In this document: positions 10,501-22,282 of the stretch, one piece after another
How the letters are laid out: the number at the start of each line of letters is the position of its first letter
Numbering within the stretch: the stretch's first letter is position 1
NCBI GenBank assembly: GCA_051294375.1
Contig: CM119263.1
Span: 29,034,079 to 29,098,078, forward strand
Direction: 5' to 3'
DNA from: Paraspadella gotoi
Taxonomy: Eukaryota > Animalia > Chaetognatha
Length of the DNA stretch: 64,000 bases
Notes under the pieces: model-generated
Told to the model about the DNA's origin: nothing
The model's database searches: none
Seen by the model: the letters and a program-made list of their open reading frames with translations, nothing else
Program-made: the position numbers and the translations under genes

Positions 10501-12240
10501 TTTTTCCTGATAAAAAACTTACTTTCAAATGAATGTAATATATTATTTCAGACATCGCCAGGTTCAGTTTCGCGCCAAAGATTATCAGGAAGAAAGTTTT
10601 ATCAGAAACATTCTGGAGTACTTATCGGATATGAAACTTGTTGAAATTTTAAAAAGCTAACAATAACCCAATTGAAGACACCAGATAGTCTTACGAATAA
10701 CAATAAATAAAAATAATAAACTTGGCTGGATATTAATCGCATATCTCGAATGAGATGTACCTCATAACGCACTTGTTCAGAAGTTGGCTTCAGCAAATAG
10801 CTCGTTTTTATCCTATCCTCAATCATATCTCATCATTTACAGCTTGCGTTGCTTTTATTTATCATAAACGTTTGGGAAGGGTTTTATTTATTCCAACCCA
10901 AACAGAGATCTTTATTTAAAATAACTCAACGATGGACATGATTATGCAAGGTTTAAAAAAAGGCAACCAAACATAACAAAAGCTGCTAAAACACAGCTGG
11001 AAGTTCAAACTTTAACACTAGTTTCGAAAAGAGAGAGAGAGAAAAAAGAGCGCAGAGTGAGAGAAAGACTAACAGTTTTTGCTTTGAAAGAGAAAATAAA
11101 TAAAGACAAATTGCTCCAGGTTGATCAAGACGAAGCATCAATTGAAAAAAAAAAAGAGATATATAATATACTTAACAAATGATGCCGGAAAACTGTTTCA
11201 CCCAAGGTCGTTGCCGTCTTGGCCCAAGTCTCCGTCGCAGTTTTCCGTACCTTATTTGGCGAATGGCTTCTTTATGAGCTTGGAACATTTTGACATTGTT
11301 CATGTTGGACTGCCAGTATTTGACGAAGCCGTTGTGGTCCCCCGAGATCATCCAAGTGTCGTTGCGATTCCAGACCATGTGACGAATGGCGGAATCGTGA
11401 GCCTGAGAAAAAATTAATAAGGCGATTTTGCAAGATTAATTAATTAATTAATTAATTTCATACCGAGTCTTTCACACATTCTCAGCATACCTGCAGAATT
11501 GTTTCGAAATTAAAGGTGAGGCCGTTCCAGAGCGTAAACTCGCCGCTAGATGCGCCCGTCATGAGACGTCGCCCGTCAGGCGTCCAGGCGAGACTGAATA
11601 TCGGGCAACGAATCTTGTTCGTTGAAGTCCGAGTGAATTTCGTTGTCACGGCGTTGATGGGGTTGTCGCGGAAGAACAAGGGAGGGACCAACTGGAAGGA
11701 AGGGAAAAGGGACAAAGGAAGTTAACAAGTGAAGAGGGCACGAAAATGGACATTATTTCTGCTCAGCTGTCCCCATTTTTCGTTTTCTTTTTTGGGCTAA
11801 AAATTTTTTATCCAAATTAAATAAAGGAAGAAAATGTTTTCATCCAGTTGAAGTCGTCATCCTTTGAAACTGACCTCGCAGTGATAGAGGTTGTCCGGTT
11901 GAATGGCCCGTCTGTCCCGATAATCCCGCATCCAGATCCTGTTCTGCAAATACTTGACGACGGAAGAGTTGTAGTCGATCGTCTTCCGGTAGACGGACTT
12001 TCTCAACTGCTTCCCGTCGAAGGTTCCGTCGGGACTGGCATTCTTGGCGGCCTCTACCGCCTGGAGATGCTTTTGGTACAGTTTGGTGTTGAATTTGCTG
12101 AAGGGAGTGAAGGCTCCGCCCTGCGGAGGCACTTGCGGGCTTCCCTGTGGGGCGACGTTTTGTCGGAGATTACGAGGAATTCCCGGGGCGTAGGATTGAA
12201 AGTTGGCGTTGGCGCCGCCGAGCGTCGCCGCCGTTGACAT
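1550..12240 (-). CDS. WDR33: WDR33, pre-mRNA 3'-end processing factor (CPSF subunit), multi-exon
   Basis: Exons 12240-11875, 11691-11491, 11402-11251, 5754-5515, 5382-5265, 5181-5081, 4999-4810, 4729-4624, several short exons down to ~3344, and a last exon from 2571. Motifs: [95 protein letters not shown], then a Gly-Pro collagen-like region and an RGG tail. Stop is 1550 in the RGG frame or 1402 as assembled. Confidence 0.95.
2703..3217. mobile_element. Palindromic (foldback) MITE-like element in a WDR33 intron
   Basis: Left arm gtgttgcgccgcagtgac...gaggtttttccctgtcttaac...ctataggcgagttatg...aaaagtgactt is an imperfect reverse complement of right arm aagtcactttt...ataactcgcctatag...gttaagacaggaaaaaacctc...ggtggcgcaacac. 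Confidence 0.8.
3512..3679 (-). repeat. Coding 27-bp tandem repeat, about 6 copies, encoding PGGPQGPNG (collagen-like segment of WDR33)
   Basis: Unit gccattggggccttgaggtccgccagg repeated head to tail with almost no variation. Confidence 0.95.
6871..6880. other. Assembly gap (10 N) next to a (GA)n tract
   Basis: nnnnnnnnnn followed by gagagaga. Confidence 1.
7255..10074 (+). CDS. eIF4G-like protein with intron-free CDS, nested antisense in WDR33 intron 3
   Basis: Uninterrupted ORF. eIF4E-binding motif YTKKELV (YxxxxL-phi) at 8047-8067. MIF4G domain ([18 protein letters not shown]...[13 protein letters not shown]...[11 protein letters not shown]...[13 protein letters not shown]) at ~8280-8900. 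MA3-like domain ([16 protein letters not shown]) at ~9570-10000. A probable 5'UTR intron 7132(GT)-7254(AG) puts the start at ATG 7255 rather than 7135. AATAAA at 10270. Confidence 0.9.
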   Translation: MASRVSGNDDPHKYWTYDETQYVWLMKELRSLNNFKKEEKEVKLSQRRSERSLKTSAIVNRQSENGNSVLEKRMGSSTQRKARPETPPTPRSLSPHPVSVVNYDKTAANHFKLSHSRENLQITQTGYSSTNQCEEIEIKRGITRKEVEKELTVTIDDNQNLTTMGCMEKIHGEQRHEEKKIIEDAAIKKSNIQPKISIVNDKPEKISEQINMKEENPKCNLIEVESNLTNVEHNDHVSEMKVSNFEFDLNDISVQDLIHRPNRSYTKKELVAMRYTPLTKIVPSCIPEELLHKIKTEAKEIKEIKGIKVIKLGNALDAKIQLKTCSNAWRPKSMKDDDGESQTVKQFRSILNKITPEKFEKLMSQIEQLAINTIATLQSVIDTLFETAVNDQAYSEIYAKICKRLESRKVKEETGSAEKGFRSLLLERCQKTFFKFLDCEEKNENEEQQLAEKRKRLGNIRLIGELFNNQILNERILHDCVTILLKKETESGVESACLMLTIAGERLEPRKVKTYLQKLSKLQQESKLSSRIKFMIRDLLEIKSLKWNLQARVEMAEEREREKKKELKEKEREREKENTTPHAVSSAEVPKTKVVTSLHIQPLMSLALREEPSPESLGAKRGEIKELMKDVSPKLSRSRFGDRGKDPRVTDKVNEKQIENLSSPEPCLEGSISLRRNLSISPSNSRHTNRKHRQNDLPSRNVLDRNNSASPSGRVPRFCNSPSRKPRRHNRSVSPCERQLHNHKSPTSLMEADCNCPETPRPSIASVKVSAARVVQRMERDDNEGAERIVEGVPQRLRGDLVFESVNLVVERCFRARKNFGGFLERALRRSVLHPRDVRDGLTRFARVAGDLEVDIPRLWFYLSQVCSPLLRQESGFPPRYFDSVCEAVGCRRQTAQFLTEVAKEMSEERKSELIDYMENSDVAQRCLPNPTLKSLFAK

Positions 12241-13237
12241 GACGAAAAGGTGGCGCGGGGAAGGGCGATTAGAGAAAGGAATTCGAAACGGAAGGAGTTC
12301 ACCGAGGGAAAGTATCCATTCGACCCGTTTTTTACGCCAACCTGGCTGACGCGCTCTCAACTTGGCAAAATAAAAAACCGGATCTAAATGTGGGTGACAT
12401 CGAGAAAAATGGCGACGAAATATAACCGAAATAACACAGATTATGGAGATGACACCAAGCAATCGAGCCAGATAAGTTGGCAAATTAAATTAACTCACGC
12501 GCCAAAATCTAAAGCGCATCCAAATATTCAGAAATGTACAAACATTCTTAATTTTTTTTTTTTACAATTATTTTCAAAGCAACGCAGTTTGTGTAAGGAA
12601 AAGACGTGCCTCTCCAGGCTCCACGCAGCCCACTTGGCTCCTCTTCCTCGTCCCCGTCGCTCAGCACAGGCCTCTCCTCCCCTTTCCAATTCTCAATGCT
12701 GCTCCGCTGGTCTTTCTCTTTGTGGAAGCCGCAACTGCTGCCGCGGTCAACGCTTCAGCATCGAGCGAAAAAAAAGAAGAGATTGTCCTTTTGTTTCTTT
12801 CATTAACAGATGAAAATATGAAAACCTAAAAATATTTTTGTGGCGGTCACAATGATATTAATTTCGGATAAAAAATGAAAATGAAATCCTATATTAAAGG
12901 GACAACCAGTTCTAATTCATGAAAGGGAGCAGCTATAAGATGCAATCACGTCAAAGTCTATTTTTAAATGTTTTTTCAAAAGCCGCCAAAACCGCGGTCG
13001 GCGAAAGTCAAATTTAACTGTCTAGTGTCTACATCATAGTAAAAAAATGGGGCTTTAAGCTGAGCTCCTCAAAAGTTCCTGTTGTTAAAGGAGAAACGGA
13101 TTTATCCTCGAAATTAAAAAAAAACAAAAAAACAAACAACTGGAAAGTAAATCATCCCAGTTTATTATTGCCACGAATCCAAAAATAGAGAATATAAAAA
13201 CGGAAAAGAAAGCGGGAAAGTCTATCAGGGAGCGCGT

Positions 13238-14565
13238 TTATATCGCGACGAAGTTAACTTGGAAGGCATCGGCGCTGCGACACTGACCGCACTGCCTGCA
13301 AACTGGGCAACGCGCCTGAAACGGAAATAGTGGGTTAGGGTGGCTGGTCGACTTGGAAACGATCCTCCTCGGCCTCGAAACTGACTTGATTTTCAAAGCA
13401 GGTCTTCAAGCATTCCTCGTGGAACTCGTGGCCGCAGTATAACGTCTTCATGGCGACACCCTCCTCGTAATCGCCCAAGCAGATCGGGCATCGCTCCGCT
13501 TCCTCGACTGACATCCCGTGGTAAGTGTAAGGTAAGGTTATGACAATCAAATCAAAAATCCATATTCACAAAAACCTTCGCTATGTTTGCGCTTTCTTCC
13601 TCCACTCGTAGTCTGTGGGCGCTCGTCTGCGCCAACAAGGAGAGAAGGAAGTCTCTCAGTTAATTCGTCTTCTTCGCGTGATTAAAAGTCAACGATCGAT
13701 ATCAATCCTAATATTAATCCAAAACCTTTGCTACTCGTTTCCGCCGTCAGAGATGAAGAAGTTTGATCCGGTGATTTTTCAACTACTTTGTCCTCATCGG
13801 TTTTGTCCGGATGATCAACCGCGACCGCCTTGGAGCCTTCAACCAGAGAAGAAATGTGTCAACTCGACGCATCACAACAACTTCCCTACTTTTCTTTTCC
13901 TTGTTTAAACGATGTACCTTTCTCCTTCGATCCTGATTCCCCAAATTTTCGCGAGGTGATTCGATTGAAGCTTTCGCCGACGACTTTGTCGTGGAGAAAT
14001 CGGTGGACGAGATCTGAGGCGATGAGGCGCCGCGTCAAATCTCGCTACGAGGATTTCAACATTAGATGGCGCCACCTTTGATGTGTTCCTCAGTCGGGGC
14101 CGTCAAGGGATTCCCCGTCGTGGCGAAGGCCCAATTGTGTCGAACTTCGACGACGGTTCGACCTGGAAATATTAAGGTCACGCCCCTACTACTACTATAA
14201 TATTTAGCAATGTAATTCGAGAGGGCGTTTCAAAAATCTTAGCCGTTAGCTTTGAATGGCATCCCTTGTCGAATATTTCACTGTTTCAGAACAACCACTA
14301 ACGAGTTTTCCCGCTTCTGACTGTCACCTAACGTAGGGTTGAATACTGGATAAACGTTAAGCGAACGCTCCACCGGACCTTTTAATAAAAGTATTTATAA
14401 ATAAACAAAGAATTAAAATATAAATAACATTTCAGCGAGGAAGAGAAACTAAGTCTAGATCTAACCGTTAGCGTTGTTGTTGGGATGGTTGTTGTTGTTG
14501 TTGTTGCGATTTCGTCTCCGGCCGTTGCCGGATCTTTGACGACCTCTTCCGCCTCCGCGAGGCAT
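13238..14565 (-). CDS. RING-H2 finger protein (putative E3 ubiquitin ligase), multi-exon
   Basis: ATG 14565 ([19 protein letters not shown]). Phase-1 exons join through to [41 protein letters not shown]|ARCPVCRQC...VAI*, which has C3H2C3 spacing. One junction (14041-14075) is uncertain. Confidence 0.75.
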
Positions 14566-15135
14566 TTAAAATAATTTGGAGAAAAAATTATTTTCTTGGA
14601 GAAAAAAATGAATAATTAAGAGTTGCGGAGCATTGATTTCTAACGGACAGATCTTCGAGTATTTATTGTCGGCGAATTTGCAGTTTTCTCACTAAACAAG
14701 CAAAGGGTCCAGGAGCAAATAAGTTGCAAAATATGGAGTTCAATTTTATTACAATTAATTTTTTTATAATTATTCGCTTTACAATTTAAAATTTTTTGAG
14801 GAAATTTAGATATCCTATAAATTATATTATAGTATAATATTATTAATATTAACGCTTTGGCTAGTCGAACGACCACAAACAATACAAGCGAATAATTTTT
14901 TACCAAACATAAATAAATTAATACATTACTTGACTCAGAAATATATTATAATTATAATATAATAATTATAACATAAAATCCCATTCGCATTATCGATTTT
15001 TTTCATTAGTGCAGTTTTTAATCTTTGTTCTTCCTAAAGATTCCACGCTGAACAAAGTTTATTTCATCGACATTCTTCAAAGTTCCGTCTTCCAAAAATA
15101 TTTTCTCGCTACAGTCAAGCAATGCCTTCCTCCTC

Positions 15136-17625
15136 TCACTCGCTCGAGACAACGTCGTTTCTCTCTTCTGCGCCGCGAAAAGGCGCTGGAGCGCGCTGAC
15201 GCCCAGGGCCCTCCAAGGCAGGCCTTTGAAGTGAGAGAGAAGCGTCTATCATGACGGGCACCGCCGATGTAGCGAAAACGGTTTGCGACTCTTGACATGG
15301 TACTTCTGTCTGCGCTACCAGTGAATTCGCTGCCGAATGGGCCGCCTGTGCCGCGAGGGTGGCTTGACCCATGACGGGCGGTCGCGAGGATTCGGCGGAC
15401 GACGTGGATCCGATTGACGGTAAAGACGACGCGCCGCAAAAGGCGAGATGAGGAGGAAGAGGAGGAATGGTGCGATGGTAAAGGGGATGGGGAGGAGCGA
15501 AGGAGGAAGAGGAGACGTAAGGGAGACTGGACATCGGAGGAGGAGAGAGAATTCGCTCTTCCGATTCGCATCCTGTGAAAAAGGGAGGTTGAGGGTGAAA
15601 AACATTAATATTATATTTAGCTATTAATAACTGAGGGAATACTGTAACGCGATCTTAAACGAAAACGCCACCTGGCGAGATGTCGTCGTCCTCGTCTTCG
15701 TCTTCGCACGAAAGAGGCGAAGAGACGACGACGACTCTCTCTCTATCAGACGCGGGCGTCAATTCCGTCGTCGACATCGGAGGCACCACCTTCTTCACTT
15801 GTTTCTTGTGCTTCATCCGTCGGTTTTGGAACCAGGTTTTCACCTGAGTTGAAGCGATGTCCTATTCATAATCATCGATCGACCAAAGAGGTAAACAGCG
15901 GGCACGCCTACCTGAGTCTCCGACAGAGAGAGCGCGTTGGCCAACTCTACTCGTTCGGGAGTCGATAAATAACGTTGACTCTGAAATCTCTTTTCCAGAC
16001 CCGAGAGTTGAAAGTCGCTGAAAACCGTCCGCGCCTTTCGTCGTCGGTAAGACTGTTAAAGTGAGGGCGAGTATTGAATCTATTGATTGCTCGAGAGTCA
16101 TCGTATCTGTTGTGCGAGTATTGAGTAATTTAAGACTATTCGCTGATAAAGGCTCTCAACATTATTATTTGTCAGAAAAAAAGTAATGTTTCGACCCGAC
16201 AACAAATCGTTGTTTGTTAACAAAATTTTTTTTTCTCTTCGAAGTAAGACCGTGAACTTTATCAAAGAGCGGAAAAAAGGTATGCGAGGTTTCAATTTGT
16301 GATAGAAAAAATAAAACTGATTCACGTCAACCTATCATTTTTGTCAAACCTGAGTTGAAGCCGTAACTGGAGCTTTGGAATGAGCGGTATTTGTACTCGC
16401 GGTATTAACCGTCGTTTCAGCGCTGAAAATAAGCCCACAAATAGTTGATTAATCATAATAATTTTTTTAGTCAAAAATTCAGTGGAACTGGAAATTTACC
16501 AAGCTGTTTTAGCCTGCGACGCATTGGACGAATTTTTTAAAATTTTGTGATAAATAAAATTTGTGTGCAACTGAAGAGTCAAATCTTCAGGATGAAAACT
16601 GGCGAAGAGATGAGGAGGAACAAAGGAAGACGGAATACGCGTGTCCAAATCTAAAAATAGAACATTTTAACTAGTAATGCAAAAAGTTCACTATGTTTTA
16701 ACAAATTCTCACGAATACTAATACCGGCGGTGGCGCCGTCGTCGTCCCATCGCGCTACATCATCTCTCGCGTTTTTATCCAAAAAACTATTTGTCAGGTA
16801 ATGATAATAGCGCTCAAAATTCTGTTAATAAACACATTTTGAGTGTATTTTAACGAATTGGTCAAAAAAGGAACACTATGCTTAGCGTGCATACTTGGTC
16901 TGGTGCTGAAAAATGATTTTTCGAAGTCGGCGCAAATGGCGTGACGTCACAAAAAGGTGGGCAGGGGTAAGTTGGCGCGCGAACGCAAGAGGAATCTGTG
17001 TCACGATTCTAGTGTTTAATTTTTTTCATGGGAAAATAAAATGCAGGCGAACTTACCTTGATTGTCAGAATTTTGAAAATCTTTGTTGACACAATGCTGA
17101 ACGGCGTCGCTGGTGACGTTCGCTGCAAATGATTCAGTGAATTTTTAAAGCGAGATATTTATAGTTATACATACAATTTTCAATTACTGTGGACGTGTAT
17201 CAGCGAGACTGCGTGAAAGCTAACGTATCTCGCAAGTCATTTGTGAACACCTTACCTTTAAACTTTGGCAAAACAGTGGGTGAGGTCAAAGGGAAATCGT
17301 TACGAATCACAGACGACTGAAAATTCTCTTCTCTCATCCGCGACTTGGCGACGAGATCGATGGGTTTCCCATCTTCAGACAGAAATGGAAAAGGGACAAA
17401 ATGAGTGTACGTCGGGGGCACGCCACCTCGGACCGATCGAGCTGCGTCGGGAGCAGAGGATGCGGCGCCGATGCTATCGCCGAAAGAAACGACTCCTCGT
17501 TGAAACCTTGTGTAGGGCGCTGGAGGAGGCGGCGGAAGCGACAACTCGGGAGGCGGACTCCGTCGATCCACCTTTGAACCAGAGGACAGAATATCGTCGA
17601 TGGAAAATCCGCTTTTCGTCGTCAT
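15136..17625 (-). CDS. BSX: Brain-specific homeobox protein (Bsx/bsh), multi-exon
   Basis: N-terminal eh1-type motif FSIDDIL (ATG 17625). Homeodomain [45 protein letters not shown]|[15 protein letters not shown] is nearly identical to Bsx. A last exon from ~15573 joins in phase 1 and ends at 15136. Confidence 0.93.
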
Positions 17626-18077
17626 GGCTACGGAAAAACGGCCCGACGCGGAGAACGGAATGAAAAGCGAAAAATGGAATGGAGTCGGAGAAGCAAAGAA
17701 GTAATAAATGAATATGAAGATGGAGCGAGTGATAATAAAGAAGAGAAAAGAACACCCAAGTTTCAAAATGTCGATGATAGCACAGGAAAGCATACGATGG
17801 AAAAGTTGTGTGAAAGAGGAAAACGGCGCTTGACGGATCGGAGGATCACGAATTCCCTTTTGCGACGCGACCGTCGCTTCTCGACGCGACCGCGCGTGAC
17901 GAGGATAACGCGAGCGTCGCAGATTGCCGACAAGAGTTTCGTCGCAACAACCATCCCTTCACGTCAATGCTTACATATTACATAAGTATAAAGTAATAAA
18001 GGAGATATATAAAGATATCGACTTCAATTATAACTATAAAAATTGTGATTAAACTTTCTTTCGTTGTGTTTGGGTTA

Positions 18078-18179
18078 TTTGAAATTAAAGACAAAATCTT
18101 TTACATCAACGATTTTTATTTAAAAAAAAAAAAATAAATAAAAATCGTTGATGTAAAAGATTTCGTCTTTAATTTCAAA
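18078..18179. repeat. Near-perfect inverted repeat, ~44-bp arms around an A-rich loop
   Basis: tttgaaattaaagacaaaatcttttacatcaacgatttttattt ... aaataaaaatcgttgatgtaaaagatttcgtctttaatttcaaa, one mismatch. Confidence 0.9.
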
Positions 18180-18706
18180 ATAACTATAAAAATTATAATA
18201 TCTCTAAATGTACTACGATGCAGAGTTCATTTTACCTTCATGAATATATGATTTACGCATTACTTTGATTCATTATGCTAACCAATTGATCTAAATCAGT
18301 ACTTTAGCTACAATGCAATTTTTTATGTTAACCGCAAACAGTTGGTATGATTGAAAATATTATATTCATAATGGAGGTACAGAGCTGTGAAACAATTATT
18401 TCCTCAATATGGTCAAAAAAACAATATAATTTTTGTCTCACAGGCTCACAGCAGTCTCAGCCACCATTATGAAAGTCAAATTTTAAAAGCTACTATGCAA
18501 CTTGAGAGCTTATCGATTTCATAAACTAAATATAAACATCAATCTAGTCTAATCAGTAAGGATCCTGACATGAATAATTAACTTTTCACAAACTGAAATC
18601 ACAATGCAACTGACGTATGGTGAAAAAAGCTTAAACCCCCATATCCCGTTCTATTCTATCGACATTTTCGATAGCGGCAACCGATGGGGAAGAGGAGGAG
18701 CAGAGA

Positions 18707-18709
<3 letters not shown>

Positions 18710-18759
<50 letters not shown>
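18710..18759. repeat. (GA)n microsatellite
   Basis: About 25 perfect GA units. Confidence 0.95.
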
Positions 18760-18761
<2 letters not shown>

Positions 18762-20640
18762 CCTTAATTGGGTAATTTTATGCATCGGACTTCCCCCTAT
18801 GTCGTCGCTGATTGCCGCCAATTGGAGAAATTGGTTCCAGAAGGGGGTCATTAAAACGGGAGGCGAGAGAGAGACAGAGAAAAGCGAAATTATCTGCGGG
18901 GCAAAAAAGCCTTTTACTTTATGAATCACATGTGGGAGCAAACGAGAAACGGCGTTTAACACGCCATTTTCCTTCATCCCTACGGTTTTCTCTTTTTTTT
19001 TTAAGAAAAAAGCAAGCAAGAAATTCGATAAATTGCTGGAAGCAATCGCATTAAGAAAAAACCGACATTTGCATAATCTCGAGAAAAATTAATGCAAATT
19101 AAATTTTCCGGAAGATTTGAAAAATTTACCCACTTTACCTATTAACGTTGGAAAAAGTGGTAAACTGGTTCACTTTTGAGTTTGAACCCCGAAGGTTTTA
19201 AAACGCAATAAATTGGGTTATGAATCACCTTTTCGAAAGTTTCAAATAATTTCTTGACTTATACATACTTTTTTTCCCGCTTATCAATTACTGTAATATC
19301 AACTTATGACAGAGTCCGACTGGCTGGATTGGCAAAGACAGCGGAGTGCGGACGTCATCACATTTCTCATCAAAGGCCTCGTTTCCAAGACAACGAGCGA
19401 ATCAACTCTTTTCGCCCAATCCCAACCCCACCCCCCGAAATCTTAAAAACCCCTTCACCGACCGGAAGTCATAAGGTCACGGGTCGCGTGGGGGCGGAGG
19501 GCGCTCTTAGGAAGAGGCGTCGCGGTAGGTGGACTTGATTGGCGTTGTTAAAGACTGATTGAGTTGCTGAGGGCGCTGACATCATCGCGGCGCTCTTCTC
19601 CCCTTCCGCCCCTTTTTTTCTCTCTTCCATTAGCGCCAAGGGGGCGCGCGTGCGAGCCGCCCTTCATCGATTGCCTTGTTTTCTCTCTTGTTATGCGACC
19701 AACGACTCAATCAGCGCCGATATTTCCGTTAAACACGATTTGCGGAGCGAGATTCTCTCTTTCGCCGGTTAAATTGGTTTCGTCGAAACTACCAATCTTG
19801 GAACCACCATATGATGAAGAACCAATCATTTAAACACCAATCATCGAACCACTTTGTGAACAAACAAGAAATAATTACGCTCAAATATTAAAAAACTGCC
19901 TTCTGAATAGACATTTAAGTAATATTCGCATTTGATTCATTAGATTAGTAGTATCAGTTATCTCTTCTCATTAAAACCCTCTATCAAACAAACATAAAAC
20001 CACCGCCTTAGGCAATTGCCATTTCTCTCATTCCACCGCCGCTACCCCCAATGACAAGGTACCACCATGGAACCATCTCCCCCATTCCTCTCCCTCCACC
20101 ATCTCTTCGCCTCGCACGTTTCTCCAATCAGCTTTTTCACTAACAAACCCGATAAAGACGCCGGGAGGAAAGAGAAGGGAAAAATTGTCTCAATCATTGA
20201 TGGCGCGTGATGTGACTCGAGCGTCTAATGGACCGGATGATGATGATGATGATAAAGAGGGGGAAAGGTGTGAGAGACTCTCTCCTTCGCTAATCAACTG
20301 GAAAATAGGATTTGTCTCCTCGCTAAATAACTGTAACATAAATTCTAATTGACTTTTGTTTCTCGGCGCGCGCCGCGCGAACAAAGTTATAAAGGAATTT
20401 TTGTCTTAGTTTGCGTGTTAAATCTATTCCATCGCTGAAGTATAAAAAAAAATGAGGCAAATTGCTGAATGCTCGTGAAAAATAGTTGACTCAATACGTA
20501 TAAAAGTGAAAATATGTAGCAAGTAACGTTGTCCCTTGGAGAATAAATATCAATAGGCTAACATAAACAGAGCAAAATAAACCAAACAGAAACAAAGAAT
20601 ACTGAGGCGGACGCGGGGGAAAAAAAGACAAAAACAAAGG

Positions 20641-22282
20641 CTACCAATTGTCCAGAAAATCGAAGCCTGATTTGACAGGCGACGCCCCTTCGAGTTCCTT
20701 GAAGGTCGTATGGCCCAAATCCACGGCCGGCGCCGACTCGTCCGGCTCCAACGCCTCGTCGTCGAAAGGCGGCGGGAGACTGGGTCGGCTCGGACCGATG
20801 GCATCAGGGAATTTGGAGATGAGAGGGGGAGAGTCGGGAATGAATTCCGAGGAGCGTCTCGTCAACAGCGCGGGGGGTCTCGAAGGTTCGTCGGAAGGTC
20901 TCGAAGGTTCGGCAGAGGGTCTCAAAGGTTCGGCGGAAGGTCTAGAAGGTTCGGCGGAAGGTCTCGAAGGTTCGGCGGAAGGTCTCGAAGGTTCGGCGGA
21001 AGGTCTAGAAGGTTCGGCGGAGGGTTTCGTCGATTCGTTAGAGTTTCGACTGTATGTCTTCGAACTTCGTCGAGAGGATCGTTGAGTTGATTCTACGACG
21101 GAATGTAATAAATATTGTATGTATTATCCTCTTAAGTTTCTTATGAAAAAAAAACATTAAAAATATAATTCTCCCCCTTACAAACTTACCTCTCTTCGCT
21201 CGTGGCGGCGGAGGCGGGGACTCTACGGGTCGCCGCCCAGGGCTCTTGCGTGAGCCGTCCTCCAAGTCCGTTGAGGATTCCGTCTTGGAAGGTGCGAGGG
21301 AGAAGGTGATGCCGAATTTCGAAAGGATGTCCGTCCCTTCGGCGTCCCCGGATGTCGATTCCGGATGTTTCACTTCGCGTTCCTCGGAGCTTTCCTTTTC
21401 CGAGTGACTAGAGTTCTCCTAGTTTTCATTTGAAACAAGATTCGGTTTGTAAATAAAACGAGAGAATTCGTAAGTCTAAAAACAATCCATCTTAACATTC
21501 GTGTATAGATCTAACAGAAAAAAGTTTAAATTAAAACTAAAAACCTGCATGGCTTTGAGCACTGGGGAATCAAGCCAGTTCTCGACGAGCCTGGCCTTCC
21601 TGACCGGCGTCGCTTTTGGACCGATTGACGGAGAAGAGTTTCTTGCCCTGACGGGAGAGGCGCCGGCGCCGCCGCCCGAGTCAGTTCGTCTCCGCCGCGC
21701 TGTTTCCTGCGGCGCCAGGTCGTCGAGATCTAGCTCGAGTTGGGACGATGTCTCCCATGTAAATTGGCCGGAGTGTTCGTCCTGTCATTAATTAAACTGT
21801 GTGATGTGATTTGAGGCGATTCATAAAACGTTCCTCATAGAGTTGAATTTAAATCCGAGAGGGTCTCACCTCCCAAGTTTTGCCATCGTTTTCATCCACG
21901 ATAATTTTCTTCGCAACCCGAGGGATGAACTTAGGGAAAATTTGAATCGTCTCGTCATCATCTTCATCGGAACCATAATTATCCGCCTGGTCGTCGTTGC
22001 CTTCTCCACTTTGATTTGTATTTAAGCTTCCTGCACACGGGAGTAAACAAAGTTCGATTTAAGCTAAAGAGAGTAATATCGCGCGAATAATAATAAAGCA
22101 TTCCTTTTGAACCCACCGTTCTTCAGTTGCGACCCCGTATCTTCTCGTCGCCGTACAACGCCGCCCTCTTCCTCTTCAACTCGCCTCGTCACCAGTGACG
22201 ACGCCATGATCTTCGACGCGAGCGGATTGAGGCTGGCGAAGTAGTCGAAGACTTCGGCGCGATTCACCAGATTCGCTGACAT
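20641..22282 (-). CDS. C1orf198: C1orf198 / DUF4706 family protein, multi-exon
   Basis: FDYFASLNPLASKIM at the N-terminus, WE|DEHSGQFTWETSSQLEL centrally, and C-terminal KSGFDFLDNW*. All three match blocks I recall from C1orf198 (YFSSLSPMARKIM, WQDEHSAPFSWETKSQMEF, KTGFDFLDNW). Confidence 0.85.
20877..21022 (-). repeat. Coding 21-bp tandem repeat, about 7 copies, encoding RPSAEPS
   Basis: Unit gaaggtctcgaaggttcggcg repeated in the last exon of the C1orf198-like gene. Confidence 0.9.
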
